From Nitrospinota bacterium (lineage in GTDB: Bacteria; Nitrospinota; Nitrospinia; CAJXCL01): a DNA stretch of 43,285 nt. Shown one piece after another: positions 29,353-38,669 of this stretch. The notes under the pieces are model-generated. The model saw only the letters and a program-made list of their open reading frames with translations. It did no database searches and was not told where the DNA came from. The translations under genes and the position numbers were made by a program. Position 1 is the stretch's first letter. The number at the start of each line of letters is the position of its first letter. Where the stretch lies: assembly GCA_036011265.1 (NCBI GenBank), contig DASCNB010000281.1, forward strand, positions 1-43,285, read 5' to 3'.

Positions 29353-30286
29353 TTGCCTCAGATTTTCTTATTCTATACAAACTGTTTTCAATATATTCTC
29401 TGTTAACAGAGATAAGGTCTGCAGCAAGTCCTATCAATATTATTTGAAATCCAACAATAATTAATATCGCCGATAATATAAGTGACTGGACATGGCCGGC
29501 AGTAGACTCAATGAAGAAGAAATATAAATAACGACATCCCAAAAGAAAACCTAAAAAGAAAGAAGTTCCACCTATATATGAAAACACTTTCAAGGGTTCG
29601 TACATAGCATAGATTCTAATGATAGTAACAATAGATTTTTTTATGTATCCCCATGTGCTTTTAAATAGCCTGGATTCTCTTAATTTCCCATTGGTTCTAA
29701 TTGCCACATGAGTTATAGGAATATCTTTTTTCCCAGCCATTATAATGGTTTCAAGGGTATAACTGAATTTAGAAACAATATTAATTTGCATGGCTGTCTC
29801 TTTGCTGTAAGCCCGAAATCCGCTTGTTACATCTGGGATATTTGTGCCGGACAGTTGCCTAACTACCCAACTCCCTAATTTTTGAAGAAATATCTTGGTT
29901 AAAGAGAAATGCTTTATTTTCTCAACTTCTCTGTCACCTATAACAATTTCTGATTTGTTTTCCAAAATGGGTTTGATTAACTTTGGAATATCATGACCAT
30001 TGTACTGGTTGTCCCCATCTGTATTAACAATAATATCGGCTCCTAGTTTTAGCGCAGTATCAAGTCCAATCATAAATGCATAAGCCAGTCCCCGGTTATA
30101 TGACAGTTTCACAATGTGATCGACCCCCAACTCTTCGGCAACTTCCAAGGTTTTATCGGTACTACCATCATCAACAACCAGTACCTCCACTTTATCTAGG
30201 CCATCAATTTTCTTTGGAATATCCCTTATAACTAAAGGAAGCGTCTTTTCTTCATTTAAACATGGTATTTGGACAATGAGTTTCAT
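29339..30286 (-). CDS. GT2 polyprenol-phosphate glycosyltransferase (DPM1/GtrB/ArnC-like) with two C-terminal TM helices
   Basis: IPCLNEE, VDDGSTD, TDGDNQY (DxD), DVTSGFRAY, C-terminal hydrophobic hairpin. Confidence 0.9.
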   Translation of the reverse strand: MKLIVQIPCLNEEKTLPLVIRDIPKKIDGLDKVEVLVVDDGSTDKTLEVAEELGVDHIVKLSYNRGLAYAFMIGLDTALKLGADIIVNTDGDNQYNGHDIPKLIKPILENKSEIVIGDREVEKIKHFSLTKIFLQKLGSWVVRQLSGTNIPDVTSGFRAYSKETAMQINIVSKFSYTLETIIMAGKKDIPITHVAIRTNGKLRESRLFKSTWGYIKKSIVTIIRIYAMYEPLKVFSYIGGTSFFLGFLLGCRYLYFFFIESTAGHVQSLILSAILIIVGFQIILIGLAADLISVNREYIENSLYRIRKSEANEKE

Positions 30287-30377
30287 AAGACTTGCACATT
30301 AACTGCAGAGATTTAATAAAATCAAAAACCTAATTAGCCCACAGAATAGCACAGAAATACAACGAGAAACCCTCTCG

Positions 30378-30395
30378 CCCAAGCTCCAGCTTGAG
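30378..30395. repeat. REP-like palindrome CAAGCT-CC-AGCTTG flanked by short CACAGA-type repeats
   Basis: Perfect 6-bp arms; nearby CCACAGAATAGCACAGAAA (about 30338-30357) and CTCTGTG (about 30414-30420). Confidence 0.4.
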
Positions 30396-30669
30396 GTCAA
30401 AGAAAAGACTTTACTCTGTGTTAATCCTCATTATTAGCAAATTCAGGTCTTCGCAGGCATTCTTCCATAGGTGAATCTGAGGCGCAAAATCCGTTTTCTA
30501 TTGATTTCATTAGGTTAAAAACTTTGCAAAAAAAACAAAGTTTTGTAAGTTAGTAGGATAGCTTACCAATCTAAAGTCTCTTCGCTATCATAAATATCTC
30601 TGTAAAAAATGTATCTTTTAAGGGACCATTCATATTTCCAATGATAACTATGGGAAAAATCTTTCTATA

Positions 30670-30705
30670 TGATAAAGTTTAACTAAAAAGGAATTAAAAT
30701 TCAAT
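30670..30705 (-). promoter_or_regulatory. Second copy of the pseI promoter element (TTGAAT-N17-TAAACT), pointing toward the GT2 operon
   Basis: 34/36 identity to 4702-4737 when reverse-complemented. Confidence 0.65.
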
Positions 30706-30852
30706 GGTTCATATAATGAGTACAAAATAATAATCTATTTGAAGATAAAGATTAATCAAGTTATAATGAATAAATATCGATGCCTAAAAATGCAGTTACT
30801 CTATGAGAACTGTTTTATTAACAAGAAAATTTTTTTTCATTAAACTTTCCAT

Positions 30853-30880
30853 TTGACTTTAAGTAAAACCAATATAATCT
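30853..30880 (+). promoter_or_regulatory. Possible sigma70 promoter for the radical SAM/TPP operon
   Basis: TTGACT at 30853, with TATAAT at 14-nt spacing or TAATCT at 16-nt spacing; spacing is imperfect. Confidence 0.35.
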
Positions 30881-30991
30881 ATGCCGTTTGTAGTCACAGA
30901 ATACCGTAGGCTCGTTTCAAATCATAAGAATTTCTATCCCATCATATTAATCTAATTTAAAATAAACTTGAGAGAAATGTAGGTGAAGTGA

Positions 30992-32062
30992 GTGGACAAC
31001 TATAGAATTGACGGTCATAAGCTGCTCTATCATATACCTCGTGTCAACGCCTGGCTAAATAAAGAAAATATTTATCCAATTTATATGGAAATTAGTCCAA
31101 CTGGGGCATGTAATCACAGGTGTACTTTTTGCGGACTTGACTTTATGAAATATCAACGCAGGTTCCTTGATACTGGTTTGCTTAAAGAGAGGCTATCGGA
31201 GATGGGTAGGCTTGGCCTAAAAGGTGTGATGTACTCCGGCGAAGGAGAACCTTTTTTACACAAAGAAATATCTGATTTAATCTTGCATACAAAGGAGTCT
31301 TCTATCGATGTAGCATTAACAACAAATGGTGTTTTGCTTAATGAATCGACTGCGGAAAAAATTCTTGGACATGTAGAATGGATTAAAGTAAGTATTAGCG
31401 CTGCAACGAAAGAGACTTATGCAAAGATTCACAAAACTGAGTCCGATGATTTTGACAAGGTGGTAAAAAACCTGTCGAACGCAGCGAATATAATAAAAGT
31501 GAAAGGTTATAAATGTGCTCTCGGTATGCAGATTTTACTTTTACCAGAGAATAGCCATGAGATCCTTCAGTTGGCAGAAATAGCGCGAGAGATAGGTATG
31601 AATTACCTGGTTGTAAAGCCTTATTCACAGCATCTGTTGAGTAAAACAAATCGGTATAAACAAATCAAATACAACGATTATTTATATATTGCAGATGAAT
31701 TGAAAAAGTTTAAAACCAATCATTTTTCAGTTATATTCAGGATAAATACCATGAAAAAATGGGATGAGAGCAAACGGAATTATGAACGCTGTTTTGCTTT
31801 ACCTTTCTGGTCATATATTGACTCCGGCGGCAATGTCTGGGGTTGCAGTGCATATCTCGGAGACAAAAAGTTTCTTTATGGGAATATTTATGAAAATTCT
31901 TTCAAGGAAATATGGGAGAGTGAAAAAAGGAAAAAGTCACTTCACTGGGTTGAAGAAGAGCTTGATGTTAGTAATTGCAGAATCAATTGCAGAATGGACG
32001 AAATTAATCGATACCTCTGGAAACTTACTTATGAGCCTCCTGAGCATGTAAATTTTATTTAA
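30992..32062 (+). CDS. Radical SAM enzyme with SPASM/twitch domain (paralog of 36063-37166)
   Basis: CNHRCTFC, SGEGEP, TTNG, CFALP...GNVWGC...GNI...W...CRINC; GTG start. Confidence 0.92.
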   Translation: MDNYRIDGHKLLYHIPRVNAWLNKENIYPIYMEISPTGACNHRCTFCGLDFMKYQRRFLDTGLLKERLSEMGRLGLKGVMYSGEGEPFLHKEISDLILHTKESSIDVALTTNGVLLNESTAEKILGHVEWIKVSISAATKETYAKIHKTESDDFDKVVKNLSNAANIIKVKGYKCALGMQILLLPENSHEILQLAEIAREIGMNYLVVKPYSQHLLSKTNRYKQIKYNDYLYIADELKKFKTNHFSVIFRINTMKKWDESKRNYERCFALPFWSYIDSGGNVWGCSAYLGDKKFLYGNIYENSFKEIWESEKRKKSLHWVEEELDVSNCRINCRMDEINRYLWKLTYEPPEHVNFI

Positions 32063-32073
32063 CAGGAAATTTT

Positions 32074-33009
32074 ATGGCAAAAATACTTATAGTAAAACTT
32101 GGTTATTCCGAAACCCTTGACCCGGAGATTAGCAGGACATCCAGTTTAGGAGATGTTTTACGGACAACTGTTCTCCTCCATAAATTTAAAGATGACCATG
32201 TTTCCTGGTTGGTTGATGAACATGCCTATCCTTTGCTTGAAGATAATCGGCTTATTCAAAGAATATTAATCTACGATCTAAATTCAGTATTGCAACTACA
32301 ACATGAACGTTTTGATACTGTTATTAATCTGGAAAAGGTGCCTGGAATTTGTGCTCTTTGTGATGGAATTGATGCATGGAGACGTTTTGGATTTAGGTTT
32401 GACTCCTCTAATGGAACGGCTCAGGCATATGACCACGCTGAACGCGCAATGTCTCTTTGCGATAATAAGGATTTAAAAAAAAATCATGAGCAGTATTGGC
32501 AAGAAGCTCTTTATCATATGATCGGTGCTGAGTGGGACAAAGAGGAATATATTCTCGGCTATAAGCCCAAATGTAGCGTTAAGCATGATATTGGATTCAA
32601 TTGGTCGGTCGGAAGCAAATGGCCAAATAAAGCATGGAAAAAAGAAAACTGGAAAAATTTGGAAAAAATTATTGGAAACAAATTTACTGTTTGTTATCAA
32701 AAGGGCATGAATGAGCTTCATGAATATATTGAATGGATAAATTCATGCCGTTTATTAGTTACAAATGATAGTTTGGGCCTTCATATAGCGTTTGCACTAA
32801 GGAAAAAAATTATTGTCCTATATGGCCCAACTTCTGTGAATGAGATTTATCTCTATGGCAGGGGAATTAGTCTTTTGCCGGAAGTCAATTATGATTGTAT
32901 TCCTTGTTTAGTTCCAACCTGTTCTCAGGAAAAAATCTGTATGGATTTTATTTCTCCTGAACGCGTTTTTGAGTCCCTTAACAAGATGCTAGGCACAACC
33001 GGACATTAG
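32074..33009 (+). CDS. Glycosyltransferase family 9 (heptosyltransferase-like)
   Basis: SSLGDVL, K.W, VTNDSLGLHIAFAL, LYGPT, C-terminal CIPC...C...CM. Confidence 0.88.
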   Translation: MAKILIVKLGYSETLDPEISRTSSLGDVLRTTVLLHKFKDDHVSWLVDEHAYPLLEDNRLIQRILIYDLNSVLQLQHERFDTVINLEKVPGICALCDGIDAWRRFGFRFDSSNGTAQAYDHAERAMSLCDNKDLKKNHEQYWQEALYHMIGAEWDKEEYILGYKPKCSVKHDIGFNWSVGSKWPNKAWKKENWKNLEKIIGNKFTVCYQKGMNELHEYIEWINSCRLLVTNDSLGLHIAFALRKKIIVLYGPTSVNEIYLYGRGISLLPEVNYDCIPCLVPTCSQEKICMDFISPERVFESLNKMLGTTGH

Positions 33010-33057
33010 TAATTGCTGATAATATTAATATTGTTAAATTAAAGAAACTTGGCGGCA

Positions 33058-33915
33058 ATGAAACCACTAATAATTCCAAAAAGCTATAACTATATTGCAG
33101 TTTTTTTAAGTCTTTCCTGTAACCTTAAATGCAGTTACTGCATTAACCATTATGGAGAATCAAAGCTTCCCAAAGGACATTTGTCGGGAAAGGATTGGGT
33201 AAGGGGGTTGAATAGAATTGAGTCAAGGGACGATTTGCCTATTACCCTTCAAGGCGGCGAACCGAGTTTGCATAAAGACTTTATGTATATTTTAAATTGT
33301 ATAAAAAGAAATTTAAACATAGATATTCTGACAAACCTACAATTTAATGAAAATAGTTTTATCCGGGATATTCATCCAGATAGAATTAAACGGAATGCGC
33401 CTTATGCTTCTATTCGTGTTAGTTATCACCCTGAAGTAATGGAGCTTGATCCATTATTAAAAAAGACGTTAAAACTGCATCGCAATGCTTATAGTATCGG
33501 CATTTGGGGATTGGACCATCCGAATAATAAGAAGCTAAATGAAGAAGCAAAGAGAAAGTGCTCTGAATTAGGAATTGATTTTCGCCTTAAAGAGTTTTTA
33601 GGTGAATTTAATGGTCGCCTATACGGAACATATTTCTATAAAGGATCAGTAGAAAATAGATCGAAACAAAATGTCTTATGTAAAACAAGTGAATTAATAA
33701 TAGGCCCGAATGGAATGATATACCGCTGCCACAGCGATTTGTATGAAGACAGAGAGTCAGTTGGAAATATTTTAGATCCTGAATTTGAAATCAAAGATAT
33801 TTATCGGAAGTGTAATTATTTTGGCCATTGCAATCCTTGCGATGTGAAGTTGAAGACAAATAGATTTCAAAAGTTTGGGCATACATCGGTTAAGATTGAA
33901 AACGTTAGCAAATAA
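33058..33915 (+). CDS. Radical SAM enzyme with short C-terminal Cys-rich (twitch-like) domain
   Basis: CNLKCSYC, LQGGEP, TN, SYHP, C...GMIYRC...GNI...C..C..CD; ATG at 33058 (ORF opens with TTG at 33049). Confidence 0.88.
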   Translation: MKPLIIPKSYNYIAVFLSLSCNLKCSYCINHYGESKLPKGHLSGKDWVRGLNRIESRDDLPITLQGGEPSLHKDFMYILNCIKRNLNIDILTNLQFNENSFIRDIHPDRIKRNAPYASIRVSYHPEVMELDPLLKKTLKLHRNAYSIGIWGLDHPNNKKLNEEAKRKCSELGIDFRLKEFLGEFNGRLYGTYFYKGSVENRSKQNVLCKTSELIIGPNGMIYRCHSDLYEDRESVGNILDPEFEIKDIYRKCNYFGHCNPCDVKLKTNRFQKFGHTSVKIENVSK

Positions 33916-33961
33916 GCCAAAATATATTCTATAAATCTTGTGAAACGCATAATCAAACATT

Positions 33962-34939
33962 ATGGATGAAATAGACTGGAATAAACAAAATCTTTTTTAT
34001 AGTAAAATGTTGCGAATCAGAATAATTGAAGAGAAATTGGCAAGTATTTATGCTGAGCAGGAAATGCGATGTCCTGTCCATTTTTGTATTGGGCAGGAAG
34101 CTGTTCCAGTTGGTGTGTGTCAGTCTCTAAATTCGACTGATACGGTATTAAGCAATCATCGCTCTCATGGCCATTATTTGGCAAAAGGGGGTTGCTTGAA
34201 GAAAATGATTGCAGAACTCTATGGTAAAGCTACAGGTTGCACATCTGGGAAAGGAGGCTCGATGCATCTTATTGACAACTCTGTGAACTTTCTTGGGGCG
34301 TCTTCTATTGTTGCAGGTACGATTCCTATTGCCGTAGGTGTAGGCTTTTTTAACAAATTAAGAAACTTAGAATCAATATCTGTAGTTTTTTTTGGAGATG
34401 GAGCTACTGAAGAAGGATTGTTTTACGAGAGTTTAAATTTCGCTGCATTGCATAATCTACCGGTACTGTTTGTTTGTGAAAATAATTTTTACTCTGTGTA
34501 TTCTCCTCTTTCAGTTCGCCAGCCAGCCAGACGTAAAATCTACAAGCTTGCGAAAGCGATGGGATTAGATTCTACCAAGGTTGATGGTAATAATGTTAAT
34601 TCGATTTACTTTGCATCACTTGATGCTTTAAATAGTATTCGCTGTGGAAAAGGACCTTATTTAATTGAAGCTGAAACATATCGCTGGCTTGAGCATTGTG
34701 GACCTAATTTTGATAACAATATAGGATATCGTACTGAAGAAGAATTTCTGGAATGGAAAAAGAGAGATTCTTTGAAAAACCTTGAGAATAAACTGCTAAA
34801 AGAATTAATTATTTCAGAGAGTCTGATTAAAACACTAAAAAATGAAATTACTGAGGAAGTTATGGATGCTATCGACTACGCTAAGTCTTCCCCCTTTCCA
34901 GAAGCAAAAGAACTGAATAAAACCGTTTATGCATGCTAA
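33962..34939 (+). CDS. TPP-dependent dehydrogenase E1 component, alpha subunit-like
   Basis: GQEA, HRSHGH, GKGGSMH, GDG...ENN TPP-binding motif, TYR...H. Confidence 0.92.
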   Translation: MDEIDWNKQNLFYSKMLRIRIIEEKLASIYAEQEMRCPVHFCIGQEAVPVGVCQSLNSTDTVLSNHRSHGHYLAKGGCLKKMIAELYGKATGCTSGKGGSMHLIDNSVNFLGASSIVAGTIPIAVGVGFFNKLRNLESISVVFFGDGATEEGLFYESLNFAALHNLPVLFVCENNFYSVYSPLSVRQPARRKIYKLAKAMGLDSTKVDGNNVNSIYFASLDALNSIRCGKGPYLIEAETYRWLEHCGPNFDNNIGYRTEEEFLEWKKRDSLKNLENKLLKELIISESLIKTLKNEITEEVMDAIDYAKSSPFPEAKELNKTVYAC

Positions 34940-36008
34940 AGCGAACGAAAATAAAAAAAGACAGATAACTTTTGCTGGTGCCATAAATGAAGCAATTGAA
35001 CAATCTATGAATAAGGACTCTAATGTATTTATTATGGGTTTAGGCGCTACTGACCCCAAAGGAGTTTTTGGAACAACTATTGGACTGGAAAAAAAATTTG
35101 GTTCCAATAGAGTATTGGACATGCCTACTTCAGAAAATGCAATGACTGGAGTTGCCATAGGGACAGCAATCAGGGGAATGCGTCCAATCATGGTTTACCA
35201 ACGGGCTGACTTCATGCTTATGTGTATGGATCAGATAATAAATAATGCTGCTAAGTGGTACTATATGTATGGTGGACAGAAAAGTGTTGCTCTTACACTT
35301 CGTTCGATTATAGGCAGGGGTTGGGGGCAGGGACCTCAACACTCCCAAAATTTTCAGTCCCTTTTTGCGCATATTCCCGGTTTAAAAGTGGTTGCTCCGA
35401 CTTTGCCTTATGAAGCAAAAGGTCTATTGATCAGCAGTATTGAAGACAATAATCCAGTTATTTTTATTGAACATAGATGGTTATTTAATCAAATAGGCAT
35501 TGTTCCGGAGGAATGGTATTCGCTTCCGCTTGGAAAAGCAAATATTATCCGTGAAGGTAAAGATATTACCATTGTGACTACTATGGACATGGTACTAGAG
35601 TCAATCCAGGTAGCAAAAAAACTCGAATCTCAGCATTTAAGCATAGAAATAATAAACCTTTGTTCTCTAAAACCCATTGATGAAGATACAATCCTTAAAT
35701 CAGTGGCTAAGACGGGAAGATTACTGATAATAGATTCCAGCTGGGTTGCCTTTGGTATTTCAGCGGAAGTTGCAGCTATCGTTTCTGAAAAGGGATATGA
35801 TTTGCTTAAATCAAAGATTAAACGATTGGGATTGCCTGATGCCCCTGCTCCAACCACTTGGGCTTTGAGCAAGTATTATTATACCAGTGAAGCAGATATC
35901 TGTAACGCAATTTGTGAAATGCTTGATCTTAATTTTAATTTGAAACATCTTGGTATTAACAATTTTGTTAAAGATGTTCCGGATGAATACTTTAAGGGGC
36001 CTTTTTAA
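34929..36008 (+). CDS. TPP-dependent dehydrogenase E1 component, beta subunit-like
   Basis: DMPTSEN, GMRP, DQIIN.AAK, QHSQ, PGLKVV.P, NPVIFIEH, EGKDITIV, KTGRL; overlaps the alpha gene by 11 bp. Confidence 0.92.
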   Translation: MHAKANENKKRQITFAGAINEAIEQSMNKDSNVFIMGLGATDPKGVFGTTIGLEKKFGSNRVLDMPTSENAMTGVAIGTAIRGMRPIMVYQRADFMLMCMDQIINNAAKWYYMYGGQKSVALTLRSIIGRGWGQGPQHSQNFQSLFAHIPGLKVVAPTLPYEAKGLLISSIEDNNPVIFIEHRWLFNQIGIVPEEWYSLPLGKANIIREGKDITIVTTMDMVLESIQVAKKLESQHLSIEIINLCSLKPIDEDTILKSVAKTGRLLIIDSSWVAFGISAEVAAIVSEKGYDLLKSKIKRLGLPDAPAPTTWALSKYYYTSEADICNAICEMLDLNFNLKHLGINNFVKDVPDEYFKGPF

Positions 36009-36062
36009 AAATTGAAATATTGAGATAAATATAAAATTCTAAATAGTAGTGAGTTAAAACAA

Positions 36063-37166
36063 ATGAGTGAGATTATTCTTGATGGTCACAAATTAGCTTT
36101 TCATAAAGAAAGAGTAGAGGCATGGATGCAAGGCGAGCGCATCGCCCCGATAACAATTGATTGTTCCCTTACAAGAGCTTGCACCTACAAGTGTATCTAT
36201 TGCTATAGCATGCTTCAAACAAATGATGTTAGAAAAATAACACGTGATGTTATTTTCAGGTTCTTGGATGACGCTGCTGAAATAGGGGTTAAGGCAATCA
36301 GTTTTGTGAGCGACGGAGAGAGCACTTGCAGTCCGCACCTTTATGACGCCATTTTACGGGGCAAGTCGAATGGCCTGGACATGGCATTGGGCACAAATGG
36401 TTTTTTGCTGAAGGACGACCGCCTTCAAGAAATACTACCTGCGCTTACATATCTTCGATTTAATATTTCTGCCGCGGAACCCCAGAGGTACTCGGAGATA
36501 ATGGGCTGTAAGCCAAAGCATTATGATAAAGTGATTAATACGGTAAGGGAAGCTGTCAGGATTAAGCGGGCAAATGATTTTGAAGTTACCTTGGGTCTTC
36601 AGATGGTTCTGCTTCCAGAATTTCATGATCAGATTATTCCTCTTGCAAAATTGGGGAAGGAGCTTTCTGTGGATTACCTGGTAATAAAACATTGCAGTGA
36701 TGATGAATCAGGAAGTCTTGGGGTTGACTATTCAAAATATCATAGCTTGGTGGAGGTTTTAAGAAAAGCAGAGAGTTTTTCGGATGAAAAATATCTGGTC
36801 AAAGCAAAATGGTCAAAGATTTTAAGTAATGGAAAACGTATTTATTCTAAATGCTATGGCCCTCCTTTTCTAATGCAATTTTCCGGTTCAGGATTAGTAG
36901 CCCCATGCGGTATGTTTTTCAATGATAAATACAAAAAATATCATATTGGTAATATTGCAGATTCATCATTCAAAGAAATCTGGAAGAGCGAACGTTATTG
37001 GGAAGTTGTAAACCTGATTGCTTCTGATGAATTTGATGCAAGGAAAATGTGTGGCTGTTTATGTGTACAACATAAAGTGAATGAATTTTTGTGGGATATT
37101 AAACAGAGTAAAGTTGATTTAAATGAATGTACAGGGGAGCTACCAATGCACGTTAATTTCATTTGA
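36063..37166 (+). CDS. Radical SAM enzyme with SPASM/twitch domain (paralog of 30992-32062)
   Basis: CTYKCIYC, SDGE, GTNG, CYGPP...GLVAPC...IGNI...W...CGCLC. Confidence 0.92.
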   Translation: MSEIILDGHKLAFHKERVEAWMQGERIAPITIDCSLTRACTYKCIYCYSMLQTNDVRKITRDVIFRFLDDAAEIGVKAISFVSDGESTCSPHLYDAILRGKSNGLDMALGTNGFLLKDDRLQEILPALTYLRFNISAAEPQRYSEIMGCKPKHYDKVINTVREAVRIKRANDFEVTLGLQMVLLPEFHDQIIPLAKLGKELSVDYLVIKHCSDDESGSLGVDYSKYHSLVEVLRKAESFSDEKYLVKAKWSKILSNGKRIYSKCYGPPFLMQFSGSGLVAPCGMFFNDKYKKYHIGNIADSSFKEIWKSERYWEVVNLIASDEFDARKMCGCLCVQHKVNEFLWDIKQSKVDLNECTGELPMHVNFI

Positions 37167-37320
37167 AAATTATAGTTTAATTTTATTCCTGTACCAATAA
37201 CTCAAACTAGTAAAACGCGACATATCCTCTCCGTAAAGAATGTTATTTAATCAAATAAGTATTGAGTCGATAATATCTGGAAAACAATAAATTCGGATGT
37301 AAAATTAAAAAAATCGCCCT

Positions 37321-38085
37321 ATGAATGAAGAAATAAAAATATCAGTTGTAATGCCAGCGCTTGATGAAGAAAAGAATATTCATGCTGCCATTACAAATAC
37401 TTTAAAGGCTTTTGATGATTACAGTATTAGTGGTGAAATTATTGTAATCAACGATGGGAGCAACGACAAAACTGAAGCCATTGTAAAAGAAAAAAAAAAA
37501 AATGATTATCGGATTAGATTAATCAGACACACAAACCCTCAAGGGATAGGTTCGTCATTTTGGGACGGAGTTGACATTGCACTGGGAGATGCGGTTTGCA
37601 TGCTCCCCGGAGACAATGAAAACGAACCATTGGAAATTTTCCGATATTTTAGGCTGCTCGAGCATGTAGACATTATTATTCCTTTTATGTTTAATAAGCA
37701 GGTGCGATCACTTTTTAGAAATGCGCTTTCCTTTTTTTATCGTTTTGTTATTAATACAACTTTTTTAGTAAATCTCAATTATACAAATGGCACAATTCTT
37801 TATCGTAGATCTATTCTTAAGGACCAACCTCACAGAAGCAAGGGATTTTTTTTTCAAACAGATATTCTAATAAGACTAATTAAGAAAGGTTATCTTTTTG
37901 CCGAGGTCCCTTATAAGCTCAGGACAAGAAAAGAAGGAATCTCTAAAGCAGTTACTTTTCCATCGTTACTAAATGTAATAAAAGGCTACCTTCGCTTAGT
38001 GAAAGACTACTACTTTAATAGAAATGAAATGACTAATGGGCCCTATTCTGATGATGCCTTGACAACTCTAAGGCATAAAGAATAA
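37321..38085 (+). CDS. Glycosyltransferase family 2 (DPM1-like, soluble)
   Basis: SVVMPALDEE, INDGSND, PGDNE, EVP...R..G.SK. Confidence 0.88.
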   Translation: MNEEIKISVVMPALDEEKNIHAAITNTLKAFDDYSISGEIIVINDGSNDKTEAIVKEKKKNDYRIRLIRHTNPQGIGSSFWDGVDIALGDAVCMLPGDNENEPLEIFRYFRLLEHVDIIIPFMFNKQVRSLFRNALSFFYRFVINTTFLVNLNYTNGTILYRRSILKDQPHRSKGFFFQTDILIRLIKKGYLFAEVPYKLRTRKEGISKAVTFPSLLNVIKGYLRLVKDYYFNRNEMTNGPYSDDALTTLRHKE

Positions 38086-38138
38086 TAGCCTTATATGATA
38101 TTTTGAAATAGTCCGATTAAGAAAAAAAAATATAGATT

Positions 38139-38663
38139 ATGAGAGTATTGGAAATTGGATTATTTTTGTTCTTCCTGGCCTTCTTATTACATTTGATCAT
38201 ATGGAAAGTTAGAATGCCAAAAAGACAAACAAAAACAATTCTACAAATTTTTTTCGGAGTTTTAATATCTGGTATTATTTTTTTATATATTAAGCAGCCA
38301 GCTCTTTTAAAGGGTGACTTTTTTTCATTTGAAAGTTTTATAGAATATTTTCATATTTCCATTTTCTTTACATCTCTCACTTTAGGATACATTATTACAT
38401 ATTCTGCTTTGGAGGCTGACAGCCCATCCCTCGTTATGATAATGCTTATTTTAGACGCAGGACCTAGCGGACTGGATATTGGGGCTTTCACGCAACGTTT
38501 AAACGATGATTTGCTGGTAAAACCGAGAATAGAGGATCTGCTTAGAGATAAATTAGTTTGCATGGATGGCGAAAAATACTTACTTACCCCAAAAGGCAAT
38601 TCTTTTGTCACTATAATTACGTTTTATAGAAAACTTATTAATCTGCCCTTAAAAGGAGGCTGA
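38139..38663 (+). CDS. Hypothetical membrane protein: 3 TM helices plus C-terminal winged-helix-like domain
   Basis: Three hydrophobic segments, then SPSLVMIMLI...RIEDL...LV...YLLTPKG resembling a wHTH wing. Confidence 0.6.
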   Translation: MRVLEIGLFLFFLAFLLHLIIWKVRMPKRQTKTILQIFFGVLISGIIFLYIKQPALLKGDFFSFESFIEYFHISIFFTSLTLGYIITYSALEADSPSLVMIMLILDAGPSGLDIGAFTQRLNDDLLVKPRIEDLLRDKLVCMDGEKYLLTPKGNSFVTIITFYRKLINLPLKGG

Positions 38664-38669
38664 TCCATA

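Noticed and set aside
33962-36008. pdhA/pdhB or acoA/acoB symbols
   Set aside because: No E2/E3 genes nearby and the glycan context suggests another role; the substrate cannot be determined from sequence
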